A stretch of DNA of 64,000 bases from Balanoglossus misakiensis (taxonomy: Eukaryota > Animalia > Hemichordata). The first letter of the stretch is position 1; each line of letters opens with the position of its first letter. A program made the translations under genes and the position numbers. Under the pieces are notes generated by a model. That model was not told where the DNA came from and did not search any database. It saw only the letters and a program-made list of their open reading frames with translations. Where the stretch lies: positions 7,579,097-7,643,096 of the forward strand of contig CM082598.2 of assembly GCA_040954595.2 (NCBI GenBank), read 5' to 3'. Below are positions 26,601 through 42,600 of this stretch, in pieces.

Positions 26601-29600
26601 TCTTTGTTTTGATTTCCTATTTTATGTCTTTTTTATGTTAATATTTTTCAAAAATATTACATTTTTGGGGGGGGATATAGGCCACCTCAGTTTTAGTGAT
26701 ATATTAAGACATTTGGTCCCTTCATTTTTTCCTCTTCTTGTTTGCTTGCCATAATTGTCTGTTCTCAATGTTATATATGTAACAGATTTATCTCTATTCT
26801 TTTACAGTTGCAGTTTTCTGAAGATGGACATCTTCTGGAGAAACCAGTGTATATCCTGGCAGATGATGTAAAATATTTGGCCCCAAGAATACCTCTACCA
26901 CTTTGTCCAACTGAGGCCCCTTTGAAACATCTGTTGGAATTGATGAAGGTATATTAGAACATTTTTGCCTCCCTTTCCATACATTATGCACTGTTATTTT
27001 TTTTTTAATTTGCAGATCAACAGTAATGTTTTTTTGTGTGTGTTTGAGCTGTTTAAAAATATAATACGTTGCATTGTATGTATCAAAAACTTCCATAGAT
27101 GAGTAGAATGCTGAAAATTAATTGATGCCACCACCCAGCGCCACCAAGGTTTTGCTATATAAATTTACACTGAAAATCGTTATAATACCTTGGCATTTTG
27201 TGTAAATATCCTAGAAAATATGCTAGAAAATATGATTGTGTAATATGTCATAGTAATTTCTGGTGTGTTTTTTTAGTGAAACTAACACCAGTGTGGAGTC
27301 AAGGTCTACTATCATCATGGCTTTAACATTTTTTATATCAGTAGAACTCCAAATGCAATGCCTTGCCAGCGAGGTTACCACATGATCTCATTTTGAGTTC
27401 TTTTGACTTGCAAAAAATGTAAAAGCCACGATAGAAGACCTCGACGCTACGCCGGTGTGAGTCATTGTAAAAAACACTAGTCTTGATTCTAGCTAGACTA
27501 CCTTTATCATACAGTGGACCATTTAATAGCCTGGGAAGTTGTTTACTTTATGCTTAATTTCTTTTTACACTTCTCTTCGAGAGAAATCTCTTTTTCTCTC
27601 CATCGAAGTTAAAAATTCCCAAACCTTAGGAACAGACACCAAAAAATAAACCTTTAGGCATGTATATGCCAGAGACATATTTGTTTCTCATGACTTAGTT
27701 GGCCCAATAATGAAATTATAGCTGGACTGAGAGCAATGTCATAATACGCAGTCTCTATTTTAATAATTCTGATTTTTTTTCCAATTTATCCTCAACAGGG
27801 CATGTTCATGCATAACTTTATGCCTGCAGTAGGCATTCTTGCTGGTGGACTTATGTGTCTCCACTATACCACCATAGTGGAGACATTTGGCAGCTGTCCG
27901 GTGATATTTGCATTTTCCAAAGAAGTTGACACTGGGAAGACGACCAGCCTGAAAATGCTATGCCAACTCTATGGAATGGCTGAAGGATTCCACAGTAACA
28001 TATCGGAAGCGGTCATGAAAAAAGTACTCAGCATGTCTGCACTACCATGTGTCATCGACGATATGGACTCAATCACCGGAGTTGAAAAGTTGGCAGTTAG
28101 ATACTTTAAAGGTGGGACACAAACTTATTCACATGGCACGTACGCTCCAATTACGACATTTCTATGCTCGGCCAACTTCTCTTTGGGAGAAAACGCAAGG
28201 TAGGTGATTGAGGCTAATAGTATGATGGATATACATGAGCATGTTATCAACATCAATTTGTAATGTTTTAAAAACAAAAATATTAGCAAGTTTAATAATT
28301 AACAAGTGCCACACTTTATTCAACCGTCTATTGCGAGAATACACAACTATTGTTGTGTATAGTAGGCATGTGCTTGGGTATAAGAATCCCTCAGAATATA
28401 AAGGAAAAGATTGAAATACTTTATTGAATAATATTGGGAGCTATTGGGGCTTTGAACACCAGATGAGTAGTGAGAAAGTCAAGATTTCTAATTACTCCAC
28501 CATACCTCATGTATTTATATTATATTTACTTTTTTGCTTATTTCTTATTTATATATCTTTAAAGGGCTGGCAACACGGTGTCTCTTGGTACTATTTTCTT
28601 TGCCGAGCATCACACCAACGACACCTGAACAGTACAGGTACTTTGAAAATTCGACCACCGTAGCAATAGAGGCCTGCAGAGCTGGGATTGGAAATATGCT
28701 TGGAATTGGAAAACTATACCAAGAAAACCAGTATGAAATAAAGGAACTCTACAAGAAAGAGGTCGAAACAGTTCTCCTGGGAAAACATCCCAGATTGACT
28801 ACTGGATACGCGTCATTATTATACATGATGCGGGAGGTAAGAATACAAGGCAAAACTGAGTGTCATGTTCGTGTAACTACACATGTTGGCAAATAATGGC
28901 TGGTTTATACTGGAGTACTTGAAATCCTTCATGTGCTGTATTTCTATGGTTTTTTGGTAATTAGTATTTTGACCAGAAATGTGTACATGCATTAGTAGTT
29001 TAATTTACCAACATTAGTCAAACTTATGCTAGGGGCCTCACCTGTATTGTATTGTGTTATGAGTTTTGACATAAATTAGTGCATATTACAATAATTTTAA
29101 TACAGGTTATATTTTTAATCCATTTTTATTTACTGAAATGGATTATTGTCATTTTAGTATTTGTATTTTTAAAATTTCTCCATTGCAATTGTGTCCCAGC
29201 AATTTGAATTCTTTGGTATACTAGTAATCTCAAACTTACCCCTTGCTTTATATGTAGTGTTCCTAGGTAATCAATACGACATATGTTGTAAAACTTACTT
29301 ATCTCACCATGCATTTTTAAATCAACATTTTACTGCACATAACTGGTGGTACATGTCCACTGACACAATCCTATGTTGCACAAGCCCAAATCCATGATCA
29401 AAAAAGTATATAACATCTTAATCAAATGTTCACCTTAATTGAAAAGCTAAAGATGCAAACTATATTTGTATGCCATGTACAATAACATTATATATTTCAT
29501 ATGTTGCAAGATTCTGCTGCTTGGTGGCTATAAGAAGTCCATTCAGGAAATGGGACTCCATTTCAAGAACATGATGGCTCCTGTTGTGATGGATCTGCTA

Positions 29601-30644
29601 AATCTTCAAGAGGACAAGTCACAATCACTTTTCAACCATTTCCTCACAGACCTGCTGACAGTGGTTGAAATACACCGGAAGAAGTAAGTGCAGTTTTGTT
29701 TTCAGTAATTGAATTGATATGATAGATGCCTAATTCTCGAGTGGGCCTCCAAAGCAACTCTCTGTGAACATTTTTATCTGTTTTGTTATCACTTACAGCT
29801 GCCTTGATTCCATATAAAAGTTTAGTAACTAATTATGTTCAATGGTTGGTGTTAAATTAAATGTGTTCCTATAATGACATTTACCTTCATGTTTTAGGTT
29901 AAAACTTTTATCAACCACAAAACGTACCACTCTGGATGCGCAACATTTGCTGTTCATTTCCCATCGCTAATTGAACTAATGGCAGTAACAGTCAACGCTA
30001 TGTATAAGGAAAAGAAATATACCAAAAGCCTCTTCCAAACAGTAAGAGGACAGTTAAATTTGTTCTCGGGTCCAGAATGTTTACCAAAGATGGTAACTTT
30101 AATGATTTCACGTTTTTATCTCCTGTTTTGGGCATGCATGTATTTGTATAACAATGGGAGTGGTGACTGAGATAATTGTTGTCTGTTAGTGTAATTGTAT
30201 GTATGTATGTATGTATAATGCTATGGTATGGTATATGGTACCAGTTAGCTTATGTGGTTTCAAAATGACTAAACCTGACTTCCATCATTTTCCAAAAGAA
30301 CTTTAACAAAAAGTGTCATTGCTAAATATGTAATGTTCCAGCAATGGCCACAATCCCTGAAATTGAAAATAAACCTTTTAATTAAGATGATGCACTATTA
30401 CAATCAGTACACTTATGTATGTGTACATTTACACTTTGTTGCAGGAGATGTTGGGAAATGGCCACGCAAGGCAGTACAAAATGACCAGCTTCGCTGCAGC
30501 CTCAAAACAGGTTTGTTCTAATTTTTATGTACTTTTCACATTATGTTCAACCTCACTCTTGATCAGTTACATGTACATACTTTAGGCAAATAAGTACCAG
30601 TAAAACATAGTACACTTTTATTTGCAGCTATCTGCAATAAATGT

Positions 30645-33600
30645 AGCGAGAACGAGTCTTCCCAAGCAGCATATGACATGGATGTAACCCCGGCAACCTC
30701 AACCCCCAGCGCATGGACAAGGGAGAGAACGAGTCTTCCCAAGCAGCATATGACACGGATGTAACCCCGGCCACCTCAACCCCCAGCACAGGGACAAGGG
30801 ACAGCGAGAACGAGTCTTCCCAAGCAGCATATGACACGGATGTAACCCCGGCCACCTCAACCCCCAGCGCAGGGACAAGGGACAGCGAGAACGAGTCTTC
30901 CCAAGCTGCATATGACAGGGATGTAACCCCGGCCACCTCAACCCCCAGCGCAGGGACAAGGGACAGCGAGAACGAGTCTTCCCAAGCTGCATATGACACG
31001 GATGTAACCCCGGCCACCTCAACCCCCAGTGCAGGGACAAGGGACAGCGAGAACGAGTCTTCAAAAGCAGCATATGACACGGATGTAACCCCGGCCACCC
31101 CAACCCCCAGCGCAGGGACAAGGGACAGCGAGAACGAGTCTTCCCAAGCAGCATATGACACGGATGTAACCCCGGCCACCCCAACCCCCAGCGCAGGGAC
31201 AAGGGACAGCGAGAACGAGTCTTCCCAAGCAGCATATGACACGGATGTAACCCCGGCCACCCCAACCCCCAGCGCAGGGACAAGGGACAGCGAGAACGAG
31301 TCTTCCCAAGCAGCATATGACAGGGATGTAACCCCGGCCACCTCAACCCCCAGCGCAGGGACAAGGGACAGCGAGAACGAGTCTTCCCAAGCAGCATATG
31401 ACAGGTATGTAACCCCGGCCACCTCAACCCCCAGCGCAGGGACAAGGGACAGCGAGAACGAGTCTTCCCAAGCAGAATATAACACGAATGTAACCTTGGC
31501 CACCTCAACCCCCAGCGCAGGGACACTTAGGGACAGCGAGAACGAGTCTTCCCAAGCAGCATATGACACAGATGTAACCCCGGCCACCTCAACCTCCAGC
31601 GCAGGGACAAGGGACAGCGAGAACGAGTCTTCCCAAGCAGCATATGACACGGATGTAACCCCGGCCACCTCAACCTCCAGCGCAGGGACAAGGGACAGCG
31701 AGAACGAGTCTCCCCAAGCAGCATATGACAGGGATGTAACCCCGGCCACCTCAACCCCCAGCGCAGGGACAAGGGACAGCGAGAACGAGTCTTCCCAAGC
31801 AGCATATGACATGGATGTAACCCTGGCCACCTCAACCCCCAGCGCAGGGACAAGGGACAGCGAGAACGAGTCTTCCCAAGCAGAATATAACACGAATGTA
31901 ACCTTGGCCACCTCAACCCCCAGCGCAGGGACACTTAGGGACAGCGAGAACGAGTCTTCCCAAGCAGCATATGACACAGATGTAACCCCGGCCACCTCAA
32001 CCTCCAGCGCAGGGACAAGGGACAGCGAGAACGAGTCTTCCCAAGCAGCATATGACACGGATGTAACCCCGGCCACCTCAACCTCCAGCGCAGGGACAAG
32101 GGACAGCGAGAACGAGTCTCCCCAAGCAGCATATGACAGGGATGTAACCCCGGCCACCTCAACCCCGGCGCAGGGATAAGGGACAGCGAGAACGAGTCTT
32201 CCCAAGCAGCATATGACATGGATGTAACCCCGGCCACCTCAACCCCCAGCGCAGGGACAAGGGACAGCGAGAACGAGTCTTCCCAAGCAGAATATAACAC
32301 GAATGTAACCTTGGCCACCTCAACCCCCAGCGCAGGGACACTTAGGGACAGCGAGAACGAGTCTTCCCAAGCAGCATATGACACAGATGTAACCCCGGCC
32401 ACCTCAACCTCCAGCGCAGGGATAAGGGACAGCGAGAACGAGTCTTCCCAAGCAGCATATGACATGGATGTAACCCCGGCCACCTCAACCCCCAGCGCAG
32501 GGACAAGGGACAGCGAGAACGAGTCTTTCCAAGCTGCATATGACAGGGATGTAACCCCGGCCACCTCAACCTCCAGCGCAGGGACAAGGGACAGCGAGAA
32601 CGAGTCTTCCCAAGCAGCATATGACAGGTATGTAACCCCGGCCACCTCAACCCCCAGCGCATGGACAAGGGACAGCGAGAACGAGTCTTCCCAAGCAGCA
32701 TATGACACGGATGTAACCCCGGCCACCTCAACCCCCAGCGCATGGACAAGGGACAGCGAGAACGAGTCTTCCCAAGCAGCATATGACACGGATGTAACCC
32801 CGGCCACCTCAACCCCCAGCGCAGGGACAAGGGACAGCGAGAACGAGTCTTCCCAAGCAGCATATGACACGGATGTAACCCCGGCCACCTCAACCCCCAG
32901 CGCAGGGACAAGGGACAGCGAGAACGAGTCTTCCCAAGCAGAATATAACACGAATGTAACCTTGGCCACCTCAACCCCCAGCGCAGGGACACTTAGGGAC
33001 AGCGAGAACGAGTCTTCCCAAGCAGCATATGACACGGATGTAACCCCGGCCACCTCAATCCCCAGCGCAGGGACAAGGGACAGCGAGAACGAGTCTTCCC
33101 AAGCTGCATATGACAGGGATGTAACCCCGGCCACCTCAACCCCCAGCGCAGGGACAAGGGACAGCGAGAACGAGTCTTCCCAAGCAGCATATGACAGGGA
33201 TGTAACCCCGGCCACCTCAACCCCCAGCGCAGGGACAAGGGACAGCGAGAACGAGTCTTCCCAAGCTGCATATGACACGGATGTAACCCCGGCCACCTCA
33301 ACCTCCAGCGCAGGGATTAGGGACAGCGAGAACGAGTCTTCCCAAGCAGCATATGACACGGATGTAACCCCGGCCACCTCAACCTCCAGCGCAGGGCAAG
33401 GGACAGCGAGAACGAGTCTTCCCAAGCAGCATATGACACGGATGTAACCCCGGCCACCTCAACCCCCAGCGCAGGGACAGGGGACAGCGAGAACGAGTCT
33501 TCCCAAGCAGCATATGACACGGATGTAACCCCGGCCACCTCAACCCCCAGCGCAGGGACAAGGGACAGCGAGACGAGTCTTCCCAAGCAGCATATGACAC

Positions 33601-36600
33601 GGATGTAACCCCGGCCACCTCAACCCCCAGCGCAGGGACAAGGGACAGCGAGAACGAGTCTTCCCAAGCAGCATATGACACGGATGTAACCCCGGCCACC
33701 TCAACACCCAGCGCAGGGACAAGGGACAGCGAGAACGAGTCTTCCCAAGCAGCATATGACATGGATGTAACCCCGGCCACCTCAACCCCCAGCGCAGGGA
33801 CAAGGGACAGCGAGAACGAGTCTTCCCAAGCAGCATATGACAGGGATGTAACCCCGGCCACCTCAACCCCCAGCGCAGGGACAAGGGACAGCGAGAACGA
33901 GTCTTCCCAAGCAGCATATGACAGGTATGTAACCCCGGCCACCTCAACCCCCAGCGCAGGGACAAGGGACAGCGAGAACGAGTCTTCCCAAGCTGCATAT
34001 GACACGGATGTAACCCCGGCCACCTCAACCCCCAGCGCAGGGACAAGGGACAGCGAGAACGAGTCTTCCCAAGCAGCATATGACACGGATGTAACCCCGG
34101 CCACCTCAACCCCCAGCGCAGGGACAAGGGACAGCGAGAACGAGTCTTCCCAAGCAGAATATAACACGAATGTAACCTTGGCCACCTCAACCCCCAGCGC
34201 AGGGACACTTAGGGACAGCGAGAACGAGTCTTCCCAAGCAGCATATGACACGGATGTAACCCCGGCCACCTCAACCCCCAGCGCAGGGACAAGGGACAGC
34301 GAGAACGAGTCTTCCCAAGCAGCATATGACACAGATGTAACCCCGGCCACCTCAACCTCCAGCGCAGGGACAAGGGACAGCGAGAACGAGTCTTCCCAAG
34401 CAGCATATGACACGGATGTAACCCCGGCCACCTCAACCTCCAGCGCAGGGACAAGGGACAGCGAGAACGAGTCTCCCCAAGCAGCATATGACAGGGATGT
34501 AACCCCGGCCACCTCAACCCCCGGCGCAGGGATAAGGGACAGCGAGAACGAGTCTTCCCAAGCAGCATATGACATGGATGTAACCCCGGCCACCTCAACC
34601 CCCAGCGCAGGGACAAGGGACAGCGAGAACGAGTCTTTCCAAGCTGCATATGACAGGGATGTAACCCCGGCCACCTCAACCTCCAGCGCAGGGACAAGGG
34701 ACAGCGAGAACGAGTCTTCCCAAGCAGCATATGACAGGTATGTAACCCCGGCCACCTCAACCCCCAGCGCAGGGACAAGGGACAGCGAGAACGAGTCTTC
34801 CCAAGCTGCATATGACACGGATGTAACCCCGGCCACCTCAACCCCCAGCGCAGGGACAAGGGACAGCGAGAACGAGTCTTCCCAAGCAGCATATGACACG
34901 GATGTAACCCCGGCCACCTCAACCCCCAGCGCAGGGACAAGGGACAGCGAGAACGAGTCTTCCCAAGCAGAATATAACACGAATGTAACCTTGGCCACCT
35001 CAACCCCCAGCGCAGGGACACTTAGGGACAGCGAGAACGAGTCTTCCCAAGCAGCATATGACACGGATGTAACCCCGGCCACCTCAACCCCCAGCGCAGG
35101 GACAAGGGACAGCGAGAACGAGTCTTCCCAAGCTGCATATGACACGGATGTAACCCCGGCCACCTCAACCCCCAGCGCAGGGACAAGGGACAGCGAGAAC
35201 GAGTCTTCCCAAGCAGCATATGACACGGATGTAACCCCGGCCACCTCAACCCCCAGCGCAGGGACACTTAGGGACAGCGAGAACGAGTCTTCCCAAGCAG
35301 CATATGACACGGATGTAACCCCGGCCACCTCAACCCCCAGCGCAGGGACAAGGGACAGCGAGAACGAGTCTTCCCAAGCTGCATATGACAGGGATGTAAC
35401 CCCGGCCACCTCAACCCCCAGCGCAGGGACAAGGGACAGCGAGAACGAGTCTTCCCAAGCAGCATATGACACGGATGTAACCCCGGCCACCTCAACCCCC
35501 AGCGCAGGGACAAGGGACAGCGAGAACGAGTCTTCCCAAGCTGCATATGACAGGGATGTAACCCCGGCCACCTCAACCCCCAGCGCAGGGACAAGGGACA
35601 GCGAGAACGAGTCTTCCCAAGCAGCATATGACACGGATGTAACCCCGGCCACCTCAACCCCCAGCACAGGGACAAGGGACAGCGAGAACGAGTCTTCCCA
35701 AGCAGAATATAACACGAATGTAACCTTGGCCACCTCAACCCCCAGCGCAGGGACACTTAGGGACAGCGAGAACGAGTCTTCCCAAGCAGCATATGACACG
35801 GATGTAACCCCGGCCACCTCAATCCCCAGCGCAGGGACAAGGGACAGCGAGAACGAGTCTTCCCAAGCTGCATATGACAGGGATGTAACCCCGGCCACCT
35901 CAACCCCCAGCGCAGGGACAAGGGACAGCGAGAACGAGTCTTCCCAAGCAGCATATGACAGGGATGTAACCCCGGCCACCTCAACCCCCAGCGCAGGGAC
36001 AAGGGACAGCGAGAACGAGTCTTCCCAAGCTGCATATGACACGGATGTAACCCCGGCCACCTCAACCTCCAGCGCAGGGATTAGGGACAGCGAGAACGAG
36101 TCTTCCCAAGCAGCATATGACACGGATGTAACCCCGGCCACCTCAACCTCCAGCGCAGGGCAAGGGACAGCGAGAACGAGTCTTCCCAAGCAGCATATGA
36201 CACGGATGTAACCCCGGCCACCTCAACCCCCAGCGCAGGGACAGGGGACAGCGAGAACGAGTCTTCCCAAGCAGCATATGACACGGATGTAACCCCGGCC
36301 ACCTCAACCCCCAGCGCAGGGACAAGGGACAGCGAGACGAGTCTTCCCAAGCAGCATATGACACGGATGTAACCCCGGCCACCTCAACCCCCAGCGCAGG
36401 GACAAGGGACAGCGAGAACGAGTCTTCCCAAGCAGCATATGACACGGATGTAACCCCGGCCACCTCAACACCCAGCGCAGGGACAAGGGACAGCGAGAAC
36501 GAGTCTTCCCAAGCAGCATATGACATGGATGTAACCCCGGCCACCTCAACCCCCAGCGCAGGGACAAGGGACAGCGAGAACGAGTCTTCCCAAGCTGCAT

Positions 36601-39600
36601 ATGACAGGGATGTAACCCCGGCCACCTCAACCCCCAGCGCAGGGACAAGGGACAGCGAGAACGAGTCTTCCCAAGCAGCATATGACAGGTATGTAACCCC
36701 GGCCACCTCAACCCCCAGCGCAGGGACAAGGGACAGCGAGAACGAGTCTTCCCAAGCTGCATATGACACGGATGTAACCCCGGCCACCTCAACCCCCAGC
36801 GCAGGGACAAGGGACAGCGAGAACGAGTCTTCCCAAGCAGCATATGACACGGATGTAACCCCGGCCACCTCAACCCCCAGCGCAGGGACAAGGGACAGCG
36901 AGAACGAGTCTTCCCAAGCAGAATATAACACGAATGTAACCTTGGCCACCTCAACCCCCAGCGCAGGGACACTTAGGGACAGCGAGAACGAGTCTTCCCA
37001 AGCAGCATATGACACGGATGTAACCCCGGCCACCTCAACCCCCAGCGCAGGGACAAGGGACAGCGAGAACGAGTCTTCCCAAGCAGCATATGACACAGAT
37101 GTAACCCCGGCCACCTCAACCTCCAGCGCAGGGACAAGGGACAGCGAGAACGAGTCTTCCCAAGCAGCATATGACACGGATGTAACCCCGGCCACCTCAA
37201 CCTCCAGCGCAGGGACAAGGGACAGCGAGAACGAGTCTCCCCAAGCAGCATATGACAGGGATGTAACCCCGGCCACCTCAACCCCCGGCGCAGGGATAAG
37301 GGACAGCGAGAACGAGTCTTCCCAAGCAGCATATGACATGGATGTAACCCCGGCCACCTCAACCCCCAGCGCAGGGACAAGGGACAGCGAGAACGAGTCT
37401 TTCCAAGCTGCATATGACAGGGATGTAACCCCGGCCACCTCAACCTCCAGCGCAGGGACAAGGGACAGCGAGAACGAGTCTTCCCAAGCAGCATATGACA
37501 CGGATGTAACCCCGGCCACCTCAACCTCCAGCGCAGGGACAAGGGACAGCGAGAACGAGTCTTCCCAAGCAGCATATGACACGGATGTAACCCCGGCCAC
37601 CTCAACCCCCAGCGCAGGGACAAGGGACAGCGAGAACGAGTCTTCCCAAGCAGCATATGACACAGATGTAACCCCGGCCACCTCAACCCCCAGCGCATGG
37701 ACAAGGGACAGCGAGAACGAGTCTTCCCAAGCAGCATATGACAGGTATGTAACCCCGGCCACCTCAACCCCCAGCGCAGGGACAAGGGACAGCGAGAACG
37801 AGTCTTCCCAAGCTGCATATGACACGGATGTAACCCCGGCCACCTCAACCCCCAGCGCAGGGACAAGGGACAGCGAGAACGAGTCTTCCCAAGCAGCATA
37901 TGACACGGATGTAACCCCGGCCACCTCAACCCCCAGCGCAGGGACAAGGGACAGCGAGAACGAGTCTTCCCAAGCAGAATATAACACGAATGTAACCTTG
38001 GCCACCTCAACCCCCAGCGCAGGGACACTTAGGGACAGCGAGAACGAGTCTTCCCAAGCAGCATATGACACGGATGTAACCCCGGCCACCTCAACCCCCA
38101 GCGCAGGGACAAGGGACAGCGAGAACGAGTCTTCCCAAGCTGCATATGACAGGGATGTAACCCCGGCCACCTCAACCCCCAGCGCAGGGACAAGGGACAG
38201 CGAGAACGAGTCTTCCCAAGCAGCATATGACAGGGATGTAACCCCGGCCACCTCAACCCCCAGCGCAGGGACAAGGGACAGCGAGAACAAGTCTTCCCAA
38301 GCTGCATATGACACGGATGTAACCCCGGCCACCTCAACCTCCAGCGCAGGGATTAGGGACAGCGAGAACGAGTCTTCCCAAGCAGCATATGACACGGATG
38401 TAACCCCGGCCACCTCAACCTCCAGCGCAGGGCAAGGGACAGCGAGAACGAGTCTTCCCAAGCAGCATATGACACGGATGTAACCCCGGCCACCTCAACC
38501 CCCAGCGCAGGGACAGGGGACAGCGAGAACGAGTCTTCCCAAGCAGCATATGACACGGATGTAACCCCGGCCACCTCAACCCCCAGCGCAGGGACAAGGG
38601 ACAGCGAGACGAGTCTTCCCAAGCAGCATATGACACGGATGTAACCCCGGCCACCTCAACCCCCAGCGCAGGGACAAGGGACAGCGAGAACGAGTCTTCC
38701 CAAGCAGCATATGACACGGATGTAACCCCGGCCACCTCAACCCCCAGCGCAGGGACACTTAGGGACAGCGAGAACGAGTCTTCCCAAGCAGAATATAACA
38801 CGAATGTAACCTTGGCCACCTCAACCCCCAGCGCAGGGACACTTAGGGACAGCGAGAACGAGTCTTCCCAAGCAGCATATGACACGGATGTAACCCCGGC
38901 CACCTCAACCCCCAGCGCAGGGACAAGGGACAGCGAGAACGAGTCTTCCCAAGCTGCATATGACAGGGATGTAACCCCGGCCACCTCAACCCCCAGCGCA
39001 GGGACAAGGGACAGCGAGAACGAGTCTTCCCAAGCAGCATATGACAGGGATGTAACCCCGGCCACCTCAACCCCCAGCGCAGGGACAAGGGACAGCGAGA
39101 ACAAGTCTTCCCAAGCTGCATATGACACGGATGTAACCCCGGCCACCTCAACCTCCAGCGCAGGGATTAGGGACAGCGAGAACGAGTCTTCCCAAGCAGC
39201 ATATGACACGGATGTAACCCCGGCCACCTCAACCTCCAGCGCAGGGCAAGGGACAGCGAGAACGAGTCTTCCCAAGCAGCATATGACACGGATGTAACCC
39301 CGGCCACCTCAACCCCCAGCGCAGGGACAGGGGACAGCGAGAACGAGTCTTCCCAAGCAGCATATGACACGGATGTAACCCCGGCCACCTCAACCCCCAG
39401 CGCAGGGACAAGGGACAGCGAGACGAGTCTTCCCAAGCAGCATATGACACGGATGTAACCCCGGCCACCTCAACCCCCAGCGCAGGGACAAGGGACAGCG
39501 AGAACGAGTCTTCCCAAGCAGCATATGACACGGATGTAACCCCGGCCACCTCAACCCCCAGCGCAGGGACACTTAGGGACAGCGAGAACGAGTCTTCCCA

Positions 39601-42600
39601 AGCAGAATATAACACGAATGTAACCTTGGCCACCTCAACCCCCAGCGCAGGGACACTTAGGGACAGCGAGAACGAGTCTTCCCAAGCAGCATATGACACG
39701 GATGTAACCCCGGCCACCTCAACCCCCAGCGCAGGGACAAGGGACAGCGAGAACGAGTCTTCCCAAGCTGCATATGACAGGGATGTAACCCCGGCCACCT
39801 CAACCCCCAGCGCAGGGACAAGGGACAGCGAGAACGAGTCTTCCCAAGCAGCATATGACAGGGATGTAACCCCGGCCACCTCAACCCCCAGCGCAGGGAC
39901 AAGGGACAGCGAGAACAAGTCTTCCCAAGCTGCATATGACACGGATGTAACCCCGGCCACCTCAACCTCCAGCGCAGGGATTAGGGACAGCGAGAACGAG
40001 TCTTCCCAAGCAGCATATGACACGGATGTAACCCCGGCCACCTCAACCTCCAGCGCAGGGTAAGGGACAGCGAGAACGAGTCTTCCCAAGCAGCATATGA
40101 CACGGATGTAACCCCGGCCACCTCAACCCCCAGCGCAGGGACAAGGGACAGCGAGACGAGTCTTCCCAAGCAGCATATGACACGGATGTAACCCCGGCCA
40201 CCTCAACCCCCAGCGCAGGGACAAGGGACAGCGAGACGAGTCTTCCCAAGCAGCATATGACACGGATGTAACCCCGGCCACCTCAACCCCCAGCGCAGGG
40301 ACAAGGGACAGCGAGAACGAGTCTTCCCAAGCAGCATATGACACGGATGTAACCCCGGCCACCTCAACCCCCAGCGCAGGGACACTTAGGGACAGCGAGA
40401 ACGAGTCTTCCCAAGCAGCATATGACACGGATGTAACCCCGGCCACCTCAACCCCCAGCGCAGGGCAAGGGACAGCGAGAACGAGTCTTCCCAAGCAGCA
40501 TATGACACGGATGTAACCCCGGCCACCTCAACCCCCAGCGCAGGGCAAGGGACAGCGAGAACGAGTCTTCCCAAGCTGCATATGACACGGATGTAACCCC
40601 GGCCACCTCAACCTCCAGCGCAGGGATTAGGGACAGCGAGAACGAGTCTTCCCAAGCAGCATATGACACGGATGTAACCCCGGCCACCTCAACCTCCAGC
40701 GCAGGGCAAGGGACAGCGAGAACGAGTCTTCCCAAGCAGCATATGACACGGATGTAACCCCGGCCACCTCAACCCCCAGCGCAGGGACAGGGGACAGCGA
40801 GAACGAGTCTTCCCAAGCAGCATATGACACGGATGTAACCCCGGCCACCTCAACCCCCAGCGCAGGGACAAGGGACAGCGAGACGAGTCTTCCCAAGCAG
40901 CATATGACACGGATGTAACCCCGGCCACCTCAACCCCCAGCGCAGGGACAAGGGACAGCGAGAACGAGTCTTCCCAAGCAGCATATGACACGGATGTAAC
41001 CCCGGCCACCTCAACCCCCAGCGCAGGGACACTTAGGGACAGCGAGAACGAGTCTTCCCAAGCAGAATATAACACGAATGTAACCTTGGCCACCTCAACC
41101 CCCAGCGCAGGGACACTTAGGGACAGCGAGAACGAGTCTTCCCAAGCAGCATATGACACGGATGTAACCCCGGCCACCTCAACCCCCAGCGCAGGGACAA
41201 GGGACAGCGAGAACGAGTCTTCCCAAGCTGCATATGACAGGGATGTAACCCCGGCCACCTCAACCCCCAGCGCAGGGACAAGGGACAGCGAGAACGAGTC
41301 TTCCCAAGCAGCATATGACAGGGATGTAACCCCGGCCACCTCAACCCCCAGCGCAGGGACAAGGGACAGCGAGAACAAGTCTTCCCAAGCTGCATATGAC
41401 ACGGATGTAACCCCGGCCACCTCAACCTCCAGCGCAGGGATTAGGGACAGCGAGAACGAGTCTTCCCAAGCAGCATATGACACGGATGTAACCCCGGCCA
41501 CCTCAACCTCCAGCGCAGGGCAAGGGACAGCGAGAACGAGTCTTCCCAAGCAGCATATGACACGGATGTAACCCCGGCCACCTCAACCCCCAGCGCAGGG
41601 ACAGGGGACAGCGAGAACGAGTCTTCCCAAGCAGCATATGACACGGATGTAACCCCGGCCACCTCAACCCCCAGCGCAGGGACAAGGGACAGCGAGACGA
41701 GTCTTCCCAAGCAGCATATGACACGGATGTAACCCCGGCCACCTCAACCCCCAGCGCAGGGACAAGGGACAGCGAGAACGAGTCTTCCCAAGCAGCATAT
41801 GACACGGATGTAACCCCGGCCACCTCAACCCCCAGCGCAGGGACACTTAGGGACAGCGAGAACGAGTCTTCCCAAGCAGAATATAACACGAATGTAACCT
41901 TGGCCACCTCAACCCCCAGCGCAGGGACACTTAGGGACAGCGAGAACGAGTCTTCCCAAGCAGCATATGACACGGATGTAACCCCGGCCACCTCAACCCC
42001 CAGCGCAGGGACAAGGGACAGCGAGAACGAGTCTTCCCAAGCTGCATATGACAGGGATGTAACCCCGGCCACCTCAACCCCCAGCGCAGGGACAAGGGAC
42101 AGCGAGAACGAGTCTTCCCAAGCAGCATATGACAGGGATGTAACCCCGGCCACCTCAACCCCCAGCGCAGGGACAAGGGACAGCGAGAACAAGTCTTCCC
42201 AAGCTGCATATGACACGGATGTAACCCCGGCCACCTCAACCTCCAGCGCAGGGATTAGGGACAGCGAGAACGAGTCTTCCCAAGCAGCATATGACACGGA
42301 TGTAACCCCGGCCACCTCAACCTCCAGCGCAGGGTAAGGGACAGCGAGAACGAGTCTTCCCAAGCAGCATATGACACGGATGTAACCCCGGCCACCTCAA
42401 CCCCCAGCGCAGGGACAAGGGACAGCGAGACGAGTCTTCCCAAGCAGCATATGACACGGATGTAACCCCGGCCACCTCAACCCCCAGCGCAGGGACAAGG
42501 GACAGCGAGACGAGTCTTCCCAAGCAGCATATGACACGGATGTAACCCCGGCCACCTCAACCCCCAGCGCAGGGACAAGGGACAGCGAGAACGAGTCTTC

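Noticed and set aside
30713-38483. Stand-alone mucin or adhesin gene
   Set aside because: No signal peptide or TM segment; it lies between the ATPase exons and a nuclear PHD exon inside the TIRs
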